A stretch of 64,000 nucleotides of DNA from an uncultured delta proteobacterium. Lineage in GTDB: Bacteria; Desulfobacterota; Desulfobacteria; Desulfobacterales; SG8-13. The translations under genes and the position numbers were made by a program. Below are positions 52,101 through 62,154 of the stretch, one piece after another. The notes beneath the pieces were generated by a model. It was given only the letters and a program-made list of their open reading frames with translations, did not search any database and had not been told where the DNA came from. The stretch is taken from contig CAWKCK010000017.1 of assembly GCA_963848135.1 (NCBI GenBank), forward strand, positions 682,001 to 746,000. The letters are read 5' to 3'. Every line of letters starts with the position of its first letter. Positions within the stretch are counted from its first letter, which is position 1.

Positions 52101-52552
52101 TTCGAATCCGCCTCCGTCGGTGGTGTTTCAGATTTGGATAGCATCCGCGTGAGGTTGAGTGTACCATCCGGTTCGAAAACAATGTTCACCACCGGTTTCA
52201 CGAGCTCGAACTGACGGAACGTCCATGCCCAGCGGAACAGGCTGCTCAATTCAAAATCGACAAGCAAACTCTCGAATCCCGCAATCGGGCGAGCGTCTTT
52301 CTCGCTGAGAAGGACGCTATCGGCCGCAAAGGTAAACAAAAAGGGGTTGATGCGAACCGCACCGATGCGGATGTCGCGCTGGAGGTGTTCCTGCACCAAT
52401 TGCGGCACGTATCGCTTGACCAAATAGGGGGTGAGAAAGAAGCCGGTAAGGCCGTAAAAAAGCACCAAACTGGCAGCGATGATGATGCCTTTTCCGAGGA
52501 AACGTCGCCAGAATGACTTTGGGGAACGATTATTCTCTATTTTCTCTTGCAT
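49103..52552 (-). CDS. DUF748 domain protein (repeated, AsmA-like) with OmpA-like C-terminal region
   Basis: N-terminal TM, RINPF, repeated beta-taco segments, TPYSGKFAG..I..GKL, LPLDLAIAL..GVIDIGLPV.GDL.DP.F. Confidence 0.85.
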   Translation of the reverse strand: MQEKIENNRSPKSFWRRFLGKGIIIAASLVLFYGLTGFFLTPYLVKRYVPQLVQEHLQRDIRIGAVRINPFLFTFAADSVLLSEKDARPIAGFESLLVDFELSSLFRWAWTFRQFELVKPVVNIVFEPDGTLNLTRMLSKSETPPTEADSKPMRVLLYSVAIKEGEIDISDRRQSTPATVKISPVDLELKNISTLPERKGPYSLTAITDDGTELKWTGEVFLNPIRSSGSLAFDNVQAATMYEFVSDAINIEPPEGHLQVSTDYQIDFSPAEPQLILSRLDVRLSDLALKLDGATDSFLNIGTTELNNARFDLATRQLEIERVALSGGAVRMAVDEKGTLDLKRIIGPTPKNGDTSPPLPQTDKGPSAVDGDKDAPWKVKMGNVEIDGIAFAYRDASVAPESAAGIDAVKVNFSIEAEAGAGPTNLRAQNMAVNLDNVHAGLAEVPEPLIRVDQLVLQEGAFDLLQRNFTVSRVGFEGGHIILERNANGEVNLFHLIVPPESRTLQRQSEEAAAKGEPWQFSAKTIEFSGLTASISDRALKPDGQLFFIEPLNISLSDVDGKSPTGFNLDFKIREGGGMTASGTFDPTGPSLESEINIDAVALTPFQPIVDAVADIVLHSGTFSSSGKLTYGQKSAGGDLAYAGGFNLARLRITEPDSKDTLLGWKALSTEQLKLTLQPNRLDIRELKLLQLVAQLIIHEDGSVNLANVMKDRGGTAIPEGGGAAKDTKNGSFPVSVKKVRVDNASLDFADLTLTPQFGTKIEALSGVIAGMSSSRNARAQVELEGKVDQYGQAKIGGEINTFDPVGFTDITMDFHNIEMSNLTPYSGKFAGRQIDSGKLSLDLEYKIDNGQLKGDHKIVVDRIQLGEKVDSPDATNLPLDLAIALMENTDGVIDIGLPVQGDLNDPKFSYGHLIGQALFNLITKIVTAPFRVLGGMIPGGSDDLDTIAFEPGEYALSPPEKEKINKLAQALRQRPQLTLEIQGRYSTKVDGAALKGMSVRRSLAAKLGTTLAPDEKPDPVDFGSPETQKALTSMFKERFGASELKKLEGAIASQPDEGADSNSPPDASAKGGDPGALSKAAYTRLVENEPFDKSTLNELAAARGQAIVDELTMEGGITQEQVTVKEPAAVTDGKPASSMLSLAVAGKS

Positions 52553-52704
52553 GTGACACCCTTTTTCTTGCTGATATTAACCGTTTCACAATGAACGTGG
52601 ATGCCAACAAATATTAGGCGCCAGGGCAGTAAGTCAAGCCATCCGCTGCGATAGACCAAAGGAATCGTATGAAAGAATGACTAATTCCCAGAGCCCGACG
52701 GCCT

Positions 52705-53121
52705 CTAAAGAACTACGGCCATCAATGTCACCATCGCCTTGGCGACCAGTTTCTCCGATTTTTTATGGAGGGAGAACACTTCCGACTCTGAAACGATGAT
52801 TTTTTTACCGGGGTGGACAACCCGTGATCGGCAAATAAGCGTGTCCCCTACCGCCGGTTTGAAATAGTTTATCTTGAACTCGATGGTCAGAATCCGCTCT
52901 TTTTCCGACACCAGGGTGAAGGCAGCGTACCCGGCCGTGTGGTCGGCCATGGTCGCCATGACACCGGCATGGACGAAGCCATCCTGCTGCCGATGCATTT
53001 CCTTGACAGCCAGTCGCGTTTCAAAAACTCCGCTGTCAACCCGATCCACCACGAATCCACAGTGGGCAGGGAACCCCTGCCGGTAATCTGAAGCCAGAAA
53101 TGAAAATCGCTCTTCCTCCAT
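52705..53121 (-). CDS. PaaI family thioesterase
   Basis: HRQQDGFVHAGVMATMADHTAG, TIEFKINY.KP. Confidence 0.9.
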   Translation of the reverse strand: MEEERFSFLASDYRQGFPAHCGFVVDRVDSGVFETRLAVKEMHRQQDGFVHAGVMATMADHTAGYAAFTLVSEKERILTIEFKINYFKPAVGDTLICRSRVVHPGKKIIVSESEVFSLHKKSEKLVAKAMVTLMAVVL

Positions 53122-53229
53122 ATGGAAACCCTCCAAATTGTCCCGTTGCTGTAACTAAAGTAGATTATTTGAATCTGACAGGGTCGTTTTTTTATTGCAT
53201 AAAGGCCGCTCGTCGTGCAAATTATTATT

Positions 53230-53697
53230 ATGAGTCTTATATTTTGCAGCTATTACGAATCGCCTATCGGCATTGTGGAAATCGTCGGTACGTCGACGGC
53301 GATAACCGAATTGAATTTCGTCGATGAAAGACGCCAGGACGCCGTTACCCATCCGAATGTTCGTAAGGTCAAGCAGCAGGTGGCCGAATATTTCGAGGGA
53401 AAGCGCCGCAAATTCGATATCCGGCTGGCCCTCGGCGGAACTGAATTCCAACAGCAAGTCTGGCAACGCCTGCAGACGGTACCCTATGGCCGCACGGCAT
53501 CCTATCAGGATATTGCCAGGGGTATCGGTCGACCTGCGGCCGTAAGGGCCGTCGGCGCCGCCAACGGGCGCAATCCGGTCGCCATTATCGTACCCTGCCA
53601 TCGCATCATCGGTAAAAACGGTCACCTGGTAGGATATGGCAGCGGCCTGTGGCGCAAGGAATGGCTGCTCAAGCACGAAGGATACCTGTTGGTCTAA
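53230..53697 (+). CDS. ogt: Methylated-DNA--protein-cysteine methyltransferase
   Basis: GTEFQ..VW, PYG.T.SY, RAVGAANG.NP..IIVPCHRIIG. Confidence 0.95.
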   Translation: MSLIFCSYYESPIGIVEIVGTSTAITELNFVDERRQDAVTHPNVRKVKQQVAEYFEGKRRKFDIRLALGGTEFQQQVWQRLQTVPYGRTASYQDIARGIGRPAAVRAVGAANGRNPVAIIVPCHRIIGKNGHLVGYGSGLWRKEWLLKHEGYLLV

Positions 53698-53870
53698 TCC
53701 TCATTCAGAATCTGCCCACTCTGTACCATCTCTAAGCGACATACGATCCGACAAGATTGTCACACTTCGGCCGATGGAAGCCAACATCATTGGGGCACCC
53801 GTCATTGGGTTGCGGGCGAGTCCCTGCCGAAACCAATTGAACGGTAGCGCCCGTTGTATTATCATTGGTT

Positions 53871-55712
53871 ATGCTGTGCCCGAAATGCCAAGCCGCTATC
53901 CAGGAACCATCAAATTTTTGTCCGTATTGCGGCGTTGATTTACATAAACGCCGATCCTATCGATCGTGGATTGCCCTTATTGCCGCCGGCTCGCTGATTT
54001 TGGCGGCCTTTGTGATCCTATTGGTCTCATCCGACCCGATTCCTGGCACTCGAAATTCTACGGATCATACCCATAATGAACCTTCCGCAACGCCACCCGA
54101 AGCGTCCACCGAACCGCAATCTGCCGTTAGAATCCCGACCAGGACCGCGCCGGTCCGCATGCCATTGCCGACCGGGGTGGTGACCATTTATGACATCGCC
54201 GGCAACCAAATAAGAGAATACCCGGCCGCTGTGATCGCCGAGGGATGGTTGGCCCTCCCAGTGGACGTCTGCATGGGAGGATATTACTGGCAGTTTACCG
54301 GCAATGGTGGTGACGTTTTTGATATCGTCGGCGGTATCATCGGCGAGGAGGATGAAATTGGAATATGGCAATTGCAAAATGGCAATACACTTTTGGGTCC
54401 GCGACTCTCAGCTTGGATTCCCGCAAAGACCCTCCAGTGGACTTCTATTGTATCGGAAAATTCGGTTAACGCGGTCTCGATGACCATTGTTTCGGATCAA
54501 CGCTATGTTCTGAAAATCGCATCACCGTCGGTTCCGGATGAACCGGGTGTTTTTTCTCAGGATGACCACGTGGTGGGTTGGACTTTCAGCGGTGCGGCAA
54601 AAACCGGCTTCCTGTGGAATGGGCTCGATGGTAAGGATCTTGTTTACGATGTCAGCGTGACCGATTACTATCGTGCATCGTTCGAAAACAGTCGTGAAGA
54701 GAAATTCATTCTGGCCTTGGCCCAAACAGATGCTGCGCCTCAATTACAGTTATCCGCTTTTGCCGATGCCTTTCTTCTGGACCCAAAATACACGGTTACG
54801 GCGACTCCCCGGCACCTGCGGCGTGAAAACATCATTGCCCGGATGCGTGGTTTAATCAGGCGCCTCATCGAAAACGGACAATCGGCAGAGGCAGCCGACG
54901 GATTTGACGGACGCAGACTGGCTGCAGCGGGGGACATGGCTCTGATCACCGACGTTGTCGGCGTCACACTGAACAGTTACGGTTTCGGTGCGGCCGTTGA
55001 TCTTATGGAAGCTGTCCAGTCGGACCTCGTTGGCGGCATCGATAGCGAGTCGGAAGAACTCGAGGCTGCCCGCAGGCAGGTTTATGGTAAATGGTTGGCG
55101 ACCTCAATCAGAGACGGTGAAATCCAAACGGCCTGGCAGATTTACGACCGCGCCGAAACCGCTTTCCCGCATGATCCACAGATCCATCTTTTGGGGGTTG
55201 AACTGGCGCTGGCATCCGGCGACTGGCCGTCCGCCCAGCGTTTGCTCGCCATGCAGGTCTACCCCGCCGAACTCTCTGACAGGGTCGCGCTTTTAAAAAG
55301 TCAGATTGCTGCTGCAAAAGGCGAAGAGGGAAAAATCATTGTCCGATTCAATCCCGGCTCACGCCAGATACCAGTGAAAGCAGATCTGGGTGGTCGAATC
55401 GAACAGAACTTTGTAATTGACACCGGGGCGACGATGGTCACCATCCCTCGGTCTACGGCAGAAAAACTGGGGCTGCCCGATGAGAATTCATCCCCCCGGC
55501 ACCAGGTTCAAACGGCCGGCGGAATCATCAATGCATATGAGGTGGTGCTTCCCTCCGTGCAACTGGGCAACTCGCAGGTCGAAAACGTCAGAGCCCTTGT
55601 GCTCGATCTGCCTAACCAACCGAATATCGGTCTTCTGGGCATGAATTACCTCAGCCATTTCCGGATGAATATCAATACCGAGATCGGCGTGTTGACCCTG
55701 GCCCCAAGATAG
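53871..55712 (+). CDS. Zinc-ribbon/TM/TPR protein with C-terminal retropepsin-like aspartic protease
   Basis: CPKC..FCPYCG, TM helix, TPR-like region, FVIDTGAT and GLLGMNYL. Confidence 0.8.
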   Translation: MLCPKCQAAIQEPSNFCPYCGVDLHKRRSYRSWIALIAAGSLILAAFVILLVSSDPIPGTRNSTDHTHNEPSATPPEASTEPQSAVRIPTRTAPVRMPLPTGVVTIYDIAGNQIREYPAAVIAEGWLALPVDVCMGGYYWQFTGNGGDVFDIVGGIIGEEDEIGIWQLQNGNTLLGPRLSAWIPAKTLQWTSIVSENSVNAVSMTIVSDQRYVLKIASPSVPDEPGVFSQDDHVVGWTFSGAAKTGFLWNGLDGKDLVYDVSVTDYYRASFENSREEKFILALAQTDAAPQLQLSAFADAFLLDPKYTVTATPRHLRRENIIARMRGLIRRLIENGQSAEAADGFDGRRLAAAGDMALITDVVGVTLNSYGFGAAVDLMEAVQSDLVGGIDSESEELEAARRQVYGKWLATSIRDGEIQTAWQIYDRAETAFPHDPQIHLLGVELALASGDWPSAQRLLAMQVYPAELSDRVALLKSQIAAAKGEEGKIIVRFNPGSRQIPVKADLGGRIEQNFVIDTGATMVTIPRSTAEKLGLPDENSSPRHQVQTAGGIINAYEVVLPSVQLGNSQVENVRALVLDLPNQPNIGLLGMNYLSHFRMNINTEIGVLTLAPR

Positions 55713-55746
55713 ACCGCGTCCGCCACAAAAACTTGGCGCCAACCAT

Positions 55747-55786
55747 AAAAAAGGGCAATCCATCCTTAAATGATGAATCGCCCTTT
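55747..55786 (-). terminator. Terminator between the convergent protease and csp genes
   Basis: AAAAAAGGGCAATCCATC...GATGAATCGCCCTTT. Confidence 0.55.
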
Positions 55787-55809
55787 GAATACGTCGTGGC
55801 CCGGCCGAA

Positions 55810-56010
55810 CTATACCACCATAACGTTCACCGCCGAAGGTCCCTTTGGCCCCTGTTCGACTTCGAAAGTTACCCGGTCGCCCTCTTGCAGGGTTTTAAAA
55901 CCGGATCCCGTAATGCCGGAAAAATGAACGAATACATCCGGCCCACCTTCCTGCTCAATAAACCCATAGCCTTTTTTTTCGTTGAACCACTTCACTGTCC
56001 CACTTGCCAT
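55810..56010 (-). CDS. csp: Cold-shock protein
   Basis: [18 protein letters not shown]...DVFVHFS; RBS GAGGGG. Confidence 0.96.
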   Translation of the reverse strand: MASGTVKWFNEKKGYGFIEQEGGPDVFVHFSGITGSGFKTLQEGDRVTFEVEQGPKGPSAVNVMVV

Positions 56011-56681
56011 CGCCGTACCCCCCTCTTTCCTTAATCTTGATATTTTAGCATGTTGCAATGTACCAATACGGCAGGCACCCATCGACAACCGGCTCATATC
56101 TTCAGGGCGAAACCGACCCGCCGCTACCCACATAAGGGTTACAGATAACTCAATATAATATCCCGAACAGCGTTGAAATCAAGTATTTTTTTAAAGCCCG
56201 GTCTGTTTTAGAGCTTACAACGAACGCCGCCTTAGACCCGTTAACCCTCTTGCCCGGTGAACGGTGTTAGAGCATATTGGGCTTGCTTTTGAAAAATGCC
56301 TGTGTTTAAAACCTGTTAGGTCCATTGGCCGAGACAATCGTTTTCTCAGTGTCGATCCGAATCGAATGTCCAATGACGATTTGGTGAGTGTTTGTCCAGA
56401 AATGGTAGAATTCGGCCCTGGGCAAGGCCGCAGCGATATTGCAACCGCAGTTGCGTAGCACCGATAGGTCGAGGATTGCAAACGATCGGGAACACCGGCG
56501 CGGAACGAAAGATGTTGTAAATGGATGCTCAATGGTTAACAGTTGTTGTCAGCTGCGAAAAAGGCCTTAACCAACAAAAAGGAGGTGATCCGTCGTAAGA
56601 TACTATACCTGATGCTATAACGGAGTGAAGAGTTCTGTTCCATTCAAGCTAATCGTTCAGAAAAGTGAAAGGGGAAAGAAA

Positions 56682-57659
56682 ATGAGATACAAAAAATTAC
56701 TGCTGCCGCTGGTCTTGTTGCTGGCCGTTTGCCTGATGCTTCCGGCCGGTTCGGTGGATGCCGCTAAACGACGCTTCGTATCGATCGCTTCCGGTTGGGT
56801 CACCGGTGCCTACTTCCCGATGGCCGGTGCCATTTCCCGGGTTGCCTACAAAAATTTGCAGGATAAGGGCATCAAAGTGACCGCGGAATCATCCGGAGCC
56901 TCGGTGGCAAACGCCAAACTGATCGGTGCGGGTGACACGGACCTGGCCATCCTGCAAAATGACATTGCCTCCTACGCCTATGAGGGCAAAAAACCGATGT
57001 TCGACGAGAAGATTACGAACTTGCTCGGCGTTTGTACCCTTTTCCCGGAACATGTCCAGCTGGTGGCGCGCAAGGATTCCAACATCAAGTCTCCGGCCGA
57101 TCTGAAGGGCAAGAAAGTGGCCATCGGGCCGGTGGGATCGGGCACGACCGAAAACGCCATGCAGATCCTCGAAGCCTACGGACTCAAGGTTGAAGACCTC
57201 GCCAAAGCCGAACAGTTGACTGCCGAACAATCCGCCGACTACCTCAAGGACGGTCGGCTGGATGCCGTTTTCTTCACGGTGGCCGTCGGTGCCGCAGTCA
57301 TTGTCGATACGTCCATCGTCGTCGATACCACGATTGTTCCGATCTCCGGTGCGAATGTCGACAAACTGGTCAAAAAATACCCGTTCTATGCCAAGCAAAC
57401 CGTCCCGGCCGGCACCTATAAAGGCAACGACCAGGATGTTCCCACCGTATCGGTAATGGCGATGCTGGCCGCCAGGGCCGACCTCGAAGAAGACATCGTC
57501 TACTCGATAATTAACGCCATGTATTCGGATATCGATCAACTGCGCAAGGCCCAGGCCAAGTTCAAAGACATTTCACCTGAAACAGGCCTGGTCGGCATGA
57601 GCGTACCGTTGCATCCCGGCGCCAAGAAGTACTTCACCGAAAAGGGCATCCTCAAGTAA
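56682..57659 (+). CDS. TAXI-family TRAP solute-binding protein
   Basis: Signal peptide; IASG..TGAYF, SGASVAN, LQND, GSGT, VPLHPGA.KYF.EKG. Confidence 0.93.
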   Translation: MRYKKLLLPLVLLLAVCLMLPAGSVDAAKRRFVSIASGWVTGAYFPMAGAISRVAYKNLQDKGIKVTAESSGASVANAKLIGAGDTDLAILQNDIASYAYEGKKPMFDEKITNLLGVCTLFPEHVQLVARKDSNIKSPADLKGKKVAIGPVGSGTTENAMQILEAYGLKVEDLAKAEQLTAEQSADYLKDGRLDAVFFTVAVGAAVIVDTSIVVDTTIVPISGANVDKLVKKYPFYAKQTVPAGTYKGNDQDVPTVSVMAMLAARADLEEDIVYSIINAMYSDIDQLRKAQAKFKDISPETGLVGMSVPLHPGAKKYFTEKGILK

Positions 57660-57687
57660 ACGCCCCCAATCGATCATAGATCCAGAC

Positions 57688-57728
57688 TACGGGGGACTTT
57701 TTTGTCCGTTTGGGTAAAGTCCCCCGTA
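57688..57728 (+). other. Intergenic 13-bp stem-loop (mRNA stabiliser or partial terminator after the SBP gene)
   Basis: TACGGGGGACTTT...AAAGTCCCCCGTA. Confidence 0.6.
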
Positions 57729-57811
57729 AATTTCTCATCTCCGCAGCCGGCCTGCTACGATTGACGCCTGTCCGGCAATTAACCCGAAATATGCTATCTG
57801 GAGGCAAAGAA

Positions 57812-59905
57812 GTGCCTGAAGACAGATCCTCTGACCTTGAATCAAGCAAGAAGATGATGAAAGAGGCTGAAACTGGATCCCGTGTTCTCTCCGGAAAGGC
57901 TCGTTTGATTGTAGCCGGCATTGCCATTTCAATGTCTCTTTTTCAGCTTTATACGGGTCTATTCGGAGAACTACCCGGTTCCAAGCAGCTGTCCGTGCAC
58001 TTGAGCTTTGCGATGGTTTTATGCTACTTGTGCTACCCGCTTCGAAAAAAATCACCCCGGGACAGGATCTCCACCCCGGACACCTTTATGGCGATTGTTG
58101 CCGGATTCTGCGCACTGTATCTGTTTCTTAATTACGAACATGTGGTGACATCGGTGGGCAATCCCGCCCCATATGATCTTGTCATCGGCGGTGTCTTGAT
58201 CGTTTTCATCCTGGAGGCCACCCGGCGCAGCGTCTCGCCGATGCTCCCGATCATTACGATCATATTTCTATTGTATGGTTATTTCGGCCCCTACCTGCCG
58301 GGAGAATTCGCCCATCGAGGTTTCAGAATCCAGCGCATTATCGACCATATTTTTATGAGCGGCGAGGGACTCTGGGGGGTGCCCCTGCGCGTTTCAGCCA
58401 CCTTTGTCTTCCTCTTTGTTCTCTTCGGGGCCTTTCTAGATAAAATTGGCGCGGGAGAATATCTCATCAACCTGTCTTTTTCCTTGATGGGACGCTACAG
58501 GGGGGGGCCGGCCAAGGCAGCGGTCGTGGCCTCGGCTGCCATGGGATCGATTTCGGGATCTTCAATTGCCAACACGGTCACAACCGGCGCCATGACTATT
58601 CCGCTCATGAAAAAAGTCGGTTTCAAACCCCACACGGCCGCGGCTGTCGAAGTCGCTGCCTCCACCAACGGTCAACTCATGCCGCCAATCATGGGGGCGG
58701 CTGCCTTTATTATGGCCGAAATGATCGGTATTCCCTATGTTCAGATCGTCAAGGCGGCTTTTATACCCGCGATTTTATCGTATACCGCTATTTTCTGCAT
58801 CGTGCATCTGGAAGCCGTCAAAGACAATATCCGCGGTTTGACCAAAGAAGAAACACCACCGATGCTGAAAACATTTCTTTCCGGCGTCCACTACCTCATT
58901 CCGTTGGTGCTGCTCATCTACCTGTTGCTCGTTGTCATGTGGACCCCCACGACATCGGCCTCGTGGTCCATTCTTGTGGCAGCCCTGGTTGCAGCCGGGA
59001 ACAATCTCTACCGCACCAGTGTCTCTTTTCCACGGATGAAGGCCCAGAACCTGATCAGCAATGATGCAGCCTATCTGGCCTACCAGCAGAATTCTCGAAA
59101 TTACTTCCCCCGCCGGACGGTTAAGGAAATCCTGGATTCTCTCGAAACCGGTGCCAGGAACATGGCCGGCATCGCGGCGGCATGCGCCTGCTGCGGCATC
59201 ATTATCGGCGTGGTGACACTCACCGGCCTGGGTTTGAAAATGGCCGTGCTCATTACCGAAGCCGCCGGGGGCAGCCTTCTTCTGACCCTGATTTTTTCGG
59301 TATTCGCCTGCATCATCCTTGGTATGGGGCTCCCGACTACCGCCACTTACATTATCATGGCCGCCATGACCGCTCCGGCGATCATGACCATCAGTGCCGA
59401 TTTGAACCTGGGACTGCCGATCGTTGCGGTTCATCTTTTCGTCTTCTATTACGGTATCGTCGCCGACGACACACCCCCGGTCGGTCTGTGTGCCTATGCC
59501 GCTGCCGGTATTGCCGGGTCCGACCCGATTAAAACCGGTTGGAAGAGCTTTCGACTCGACCTGGCCGCCTTTACGCTACCGTTTATGTTTATCTATAACC
59601 CCAAGCTGTTAATGATCAACACGAACTTCGCGGAACTGGCCTATATCATTCCGCTATCAATTCTGGGGATGTTCTGCTGGTCGGCATTCATTCAAGGGCA
59701 CTGGCTGGTAAGAACGTACATCTGGGAGCGGTTTCTCTTTTTGGGGCTGGCCTTTTTGCTCGTCAATCCCGGCCACTTGTCTTTCGGCGATATCCATTTC
59801 AATAAGCACTTTGTAAACATGGTCGCTATTGCCGGCGTGGTACTGATCTATTTCTGGCAGCGATCTCGGAAAAACAAACTTGTCGCCAAAGAGGTTTCGG
59901 TATAA
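57812..59905 (+). CDS. TRAP transporter fused 4TM/12TM permease
   Basis: GGPAKAAV, SGSSIAN..TTG..TIPLMK, GMGLPTTA.Y, TPPVGL; GTG start after GGAGG. Confidence 0.93.
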   Translation: MPEDRSSDLESSKKMMKEAETGSRVLSGKARLIVAGIAISMSLFQLYTGLFGELPGSKQLSVHLSFAMVLCYLCYPLRKKSPRDRISTPDTFMAIVAGFCALYLFLNYEHVVTSVGNPAPYDLVIGGVLIVFILEATRRSVSPMLPIITIIFLLYGYFGPYLPGEFAHRGFRIQRIIDHIFMSGEGLWGVPLRVSATFVFLFVLFGAFLDKIGAGEYLINLSFSLMGRYRGGPAKAAVVASAAMGSISGSSIANTVTTGAMTIPLMKKVGFKPHTAAAVEVAASTNGQLMPPIMGAAAFIMAEMIGIPYVQIVKAAFIPAILSYTAIFCIVHLEAVKDNIRGLTKEETPPMLKTFLSGVHYLIPLVLLIYLLLVVMWTPTTSASWSILVAALVAAGNNLYRTSVSFPRMKAQNLISNDAAYLAYQQNSRNYFPRRTVKEILDSLETGARNMAGIAAACACCGIIIGVVTLTGLGLKMAVLITEAAGGSLLLTLIFSVFACIILGMGLPTTATYIIMAAMTAPAIMTISADLNLGLPIVAVHLFVFYYGIVADDTPPVGLCAYAAAGIAGSDPIKTGWKSFRLDLAAFTLPFMFIYNPKLLMINTNFAELAYIIPLSILGMFCWSAFIQGHWLVRTYIWERFLFLGLAFLLVNPGHLSFGDIHFNKHFVNMVAIAGVVLIYFWQRSRKNKLVAKEVSV

Positions 59906-59919
59906 ACGTCGAAGAACCG

Positions 59920-60438
59920 TTGCGGAAAAAGCGGACAGCGGCAATCCTGATCAGTATCGTCGTCGTGCTACTGGCGATAGGTTTGGTCGTTTCGGTTGAC
60001 ATTCTGACTGTACGGCTGCCGCGCCGGGATTTCAAACCGGTCCTCGCTTTACATGTCACCCAGGGGAGTGAATTCAGCCTTAACTACCGTCACTCGGTGG
60101 AATTGACGGAAGTCGAGGGCCGTTTCTTGATCGGAGAAGGACCCGTGCTGCTGATCAAAGAGACACGTTTCACTTCCGTCGGCTCCGGCCTGCCGAATAC
60201 CCAGACGGATAAAACCCGCCGGGAAAACGGATGGTTCGTGGTCGATGAAGGTCCAAAAGTCAGCGGCGAAATCCGCTTTTTTATTTCCCCGGTCAACCAG
60301 ACTCGACTGATCATTGAGGGCCGCCCTTTTCCGTTCGACCACCTGGAGCCGGGAACGCTTATCGCCATCAACGTGGAACGGATGCCGATTTCACGATGGC
60401 TTGTGCTGTGGGCAGCGTTGACAGGAACGGCCGAATGA
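59920..60438 (+). CDS. DUF1850-like TAXI-associated protein
   Basis: F.L.Y.HSVE, ETRF.S.G.GLP; typical TAXI operon position. Confidence 0.75.
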   Translation: MRKKRTAAILISIVVVLLAIGLVVSVDILTVRLPRRDFKPVLALHVTQGSEFSLNYRHSVELTEVEGRFLIGEGPVLLIKETRFTSVGSGLPNTQTDKTRRENGWFVVDEGPKVSGEIRFFISPVNQTRLIIEGRPFPFDHLEPGTLIAINVERMPISRWLVLWAALTGTAE

Positions 60439-60539
60439 ATCGGATAATAGTAGTTAAACTTAACTTGGTGTTGAAAAACGTCATGGACGCCGGCAAGCAC
60501 AATAGTCTTTCAACAGCCTGCTAAAGAGGAGAACAAACG

Positions 60540-61382
60540 ATGCCGGAACTTGCCTATTTAAACGGTGAAATTCTGCCCATAGAAAAAGCATACGTATCGA
60601 TCGAAGATCGAGGCTACCAATTCGGCGATGCTGTCTATGAATTTATCGCCAGTTACAATGGAAAACTCTTCTGCCTCGACAAACACCTGGACCGCCTTGA
60701 GCGTTCCATGCAGGGGCTTTCCATGCCGACGATACCGCAAGAAGATATTCACAATGCAGTAATGAGCCTTTTTGAAAAGGCCGGCATTTCCCGGGCCGGC
60801 ATATACATGCAAATCTCCCGTGGCGTCTCCCCTCGAAACCATCCTTTCCCGGAGTCTGCCCAGCCCCAATTCGCAATGACCATACGTCCGGTGGAAGAAA
60901 AACCCCCGGAATTGCGACAGACCGGGGCAACAGCAATTACCGTGGAAGATTTGCGCTGGGGTCGCTGTGATCTAAAAACGGTGCAGCTGTTGCCGAACGT
61001 ATTGGCCAAGCAGATGGCACAAGAAGCGGGTGTATTCGACGCTATTTTCGTCTCACAGGAAGGCGTGGTCAGGGAAGCCACCAGTTCAAATATTTTTATT
61101 GTCGCCGACGGACGGTTGGTGACCCATCCCCTGACGCCCCAAATACTTCCTGGCATCACCCGCACGGTAGTAATTGATCTATGTCGCTCCATCGATCTGG
61201 CAGTGGAAGAACGTTTCTATAGTATCGATGACCTTTTCAGCGCCGAAGAAGCATTCTTGACCGGAACCGTCACTGAAGTTCTTCCGATTGTCACCGTCGA
61301 CGGCAACCGCATCGGCAACGGTCGCGTCGGTTCGGTCACCTCACGTCTGTACAGAGCGTTGCGAGAGATGGCCGGCGCCTGA
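60540..61382 (+). CDS. dat: D-amino-acid transaminase (aminotransferase class IV)
   Basis: EDRGYQFGDAVYE, HLDRL, Y.QISRG..PRNH.FP, RWGRCDLKT..LL.NVL, ILPGITR. Confidence 0.85.
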   Translation: MPELAYLNGEILPIEKAYVSIEDRGYQFGDAVYEFIASYNGKLFCLDKHLDRLERSMQGLSMPTIPQEDIHNAVMSLFEKAGISRAGIYMQISRGVSPRNHPFPESAQPQFAMTIRPVEEKPPELRQTGATAITVEDLRWGRCDLKTVQLLPNVLAKQMAQEAGVFDAIFVSQEGVVREATSSNIFIVADGRLVTHPLTPQILPGITRTVVIDLCRSIDLAVEERFYSIDDLFSAEEAFLTGTVTEVLPIVTVDGNRIGNGRVGSVTSRLYRALREMAGA

Positions 61383-61575
61383 AACCCGTGGCGGAAAACG
61401 ACCGACGCTTACACGGTGAATGGAGTAGAAGCCGTGAAATGCTGCTGGATGATATCTCTTTTCAAACAATATATTCCGAAATGCGGAAGAACGGTATAAG
61501 TGGCTGGTGAGATAACCCGGGTAGAAAGTATGCCCACCACCCATACAAACCCTATCGTCCCCAAAAAGGCTGAAA

Positions 61576-62055
61576 ATGAGCGTCGATCTCTGCCATGCAA
61601 AACATGCTGTCAGAAGAAAAGTTTCGGCAGTGCTGGCTGTAGTGATTTTGGTGCTGGCAACCACAGGCTGCGAAAATTACGGTAATCTGCAACGCGACGA
61701 TGCGTTGACCAGCGCTTTTGAGAGTTACACTCTGCCGCTTAATTTCACGTATTATTACTACGGGCCTGACAACATGCCCTACGCCATCATGGGTATCGGT
61801 TCCAGCTACAGGCTTGAATCGAAATTGTGGCAGACGGTGGATCTTGAAACCGATCGGTTCAAGAAAATGATTAAGTGGGTCTGGACGGATCACAACTACA
61901 CCCCCTCCGGGGCATACATTATGGGGCCTGGGGGCGACCGAATTGGAATCTGGTATTCAAGCATCGATCACGCTGCCATTAGCGTGAACGAGACTCAAAA
62001 AACCATTGGCGTCACTCCGGATAAACCATTTCTGCGGGGCGGTCCGGGCAAATAA
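61576..62055 (+). CDS. Hypothetical lipoprotein
   Basis: Hydrophobic stretch ending LATTG-C; YYYYGP...PYAIMGI; IGIWYS. Confidence 0.7.
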   Translation: MSVDLCHAKHAVRRKVSAVLAVVILVLATTGCENYGNLQRDDALTSAFESYTLPLNFTYYYYGPDNMPYAIMGIGSSYRLESKLWQTVDLETDRFKKMIKWVWTDHNYTPSGAYIMGPGGDRIGIWYSSIDHAAISVNETQKTIGVTPDKPFLRGGPGK

Positions 62056-62154
62056 ACCGGCATCGGCCATGGGGTATTGCAAGCGATAATCGATAGCCCT
62101 GTCGCCGTTGTAGCGGCGCGATGAAGACCGATTGTCGTCATCGAAATCGGCTAC

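Noticed and set aside
56576..56620. AAAGGAGGTGATCC, complement of the 16S rRNA 3' end
   Set aside because: The flanks have no rRNA similarity. It is only an extended Shine-Dalgarno-like string with no well-spaced start codon.
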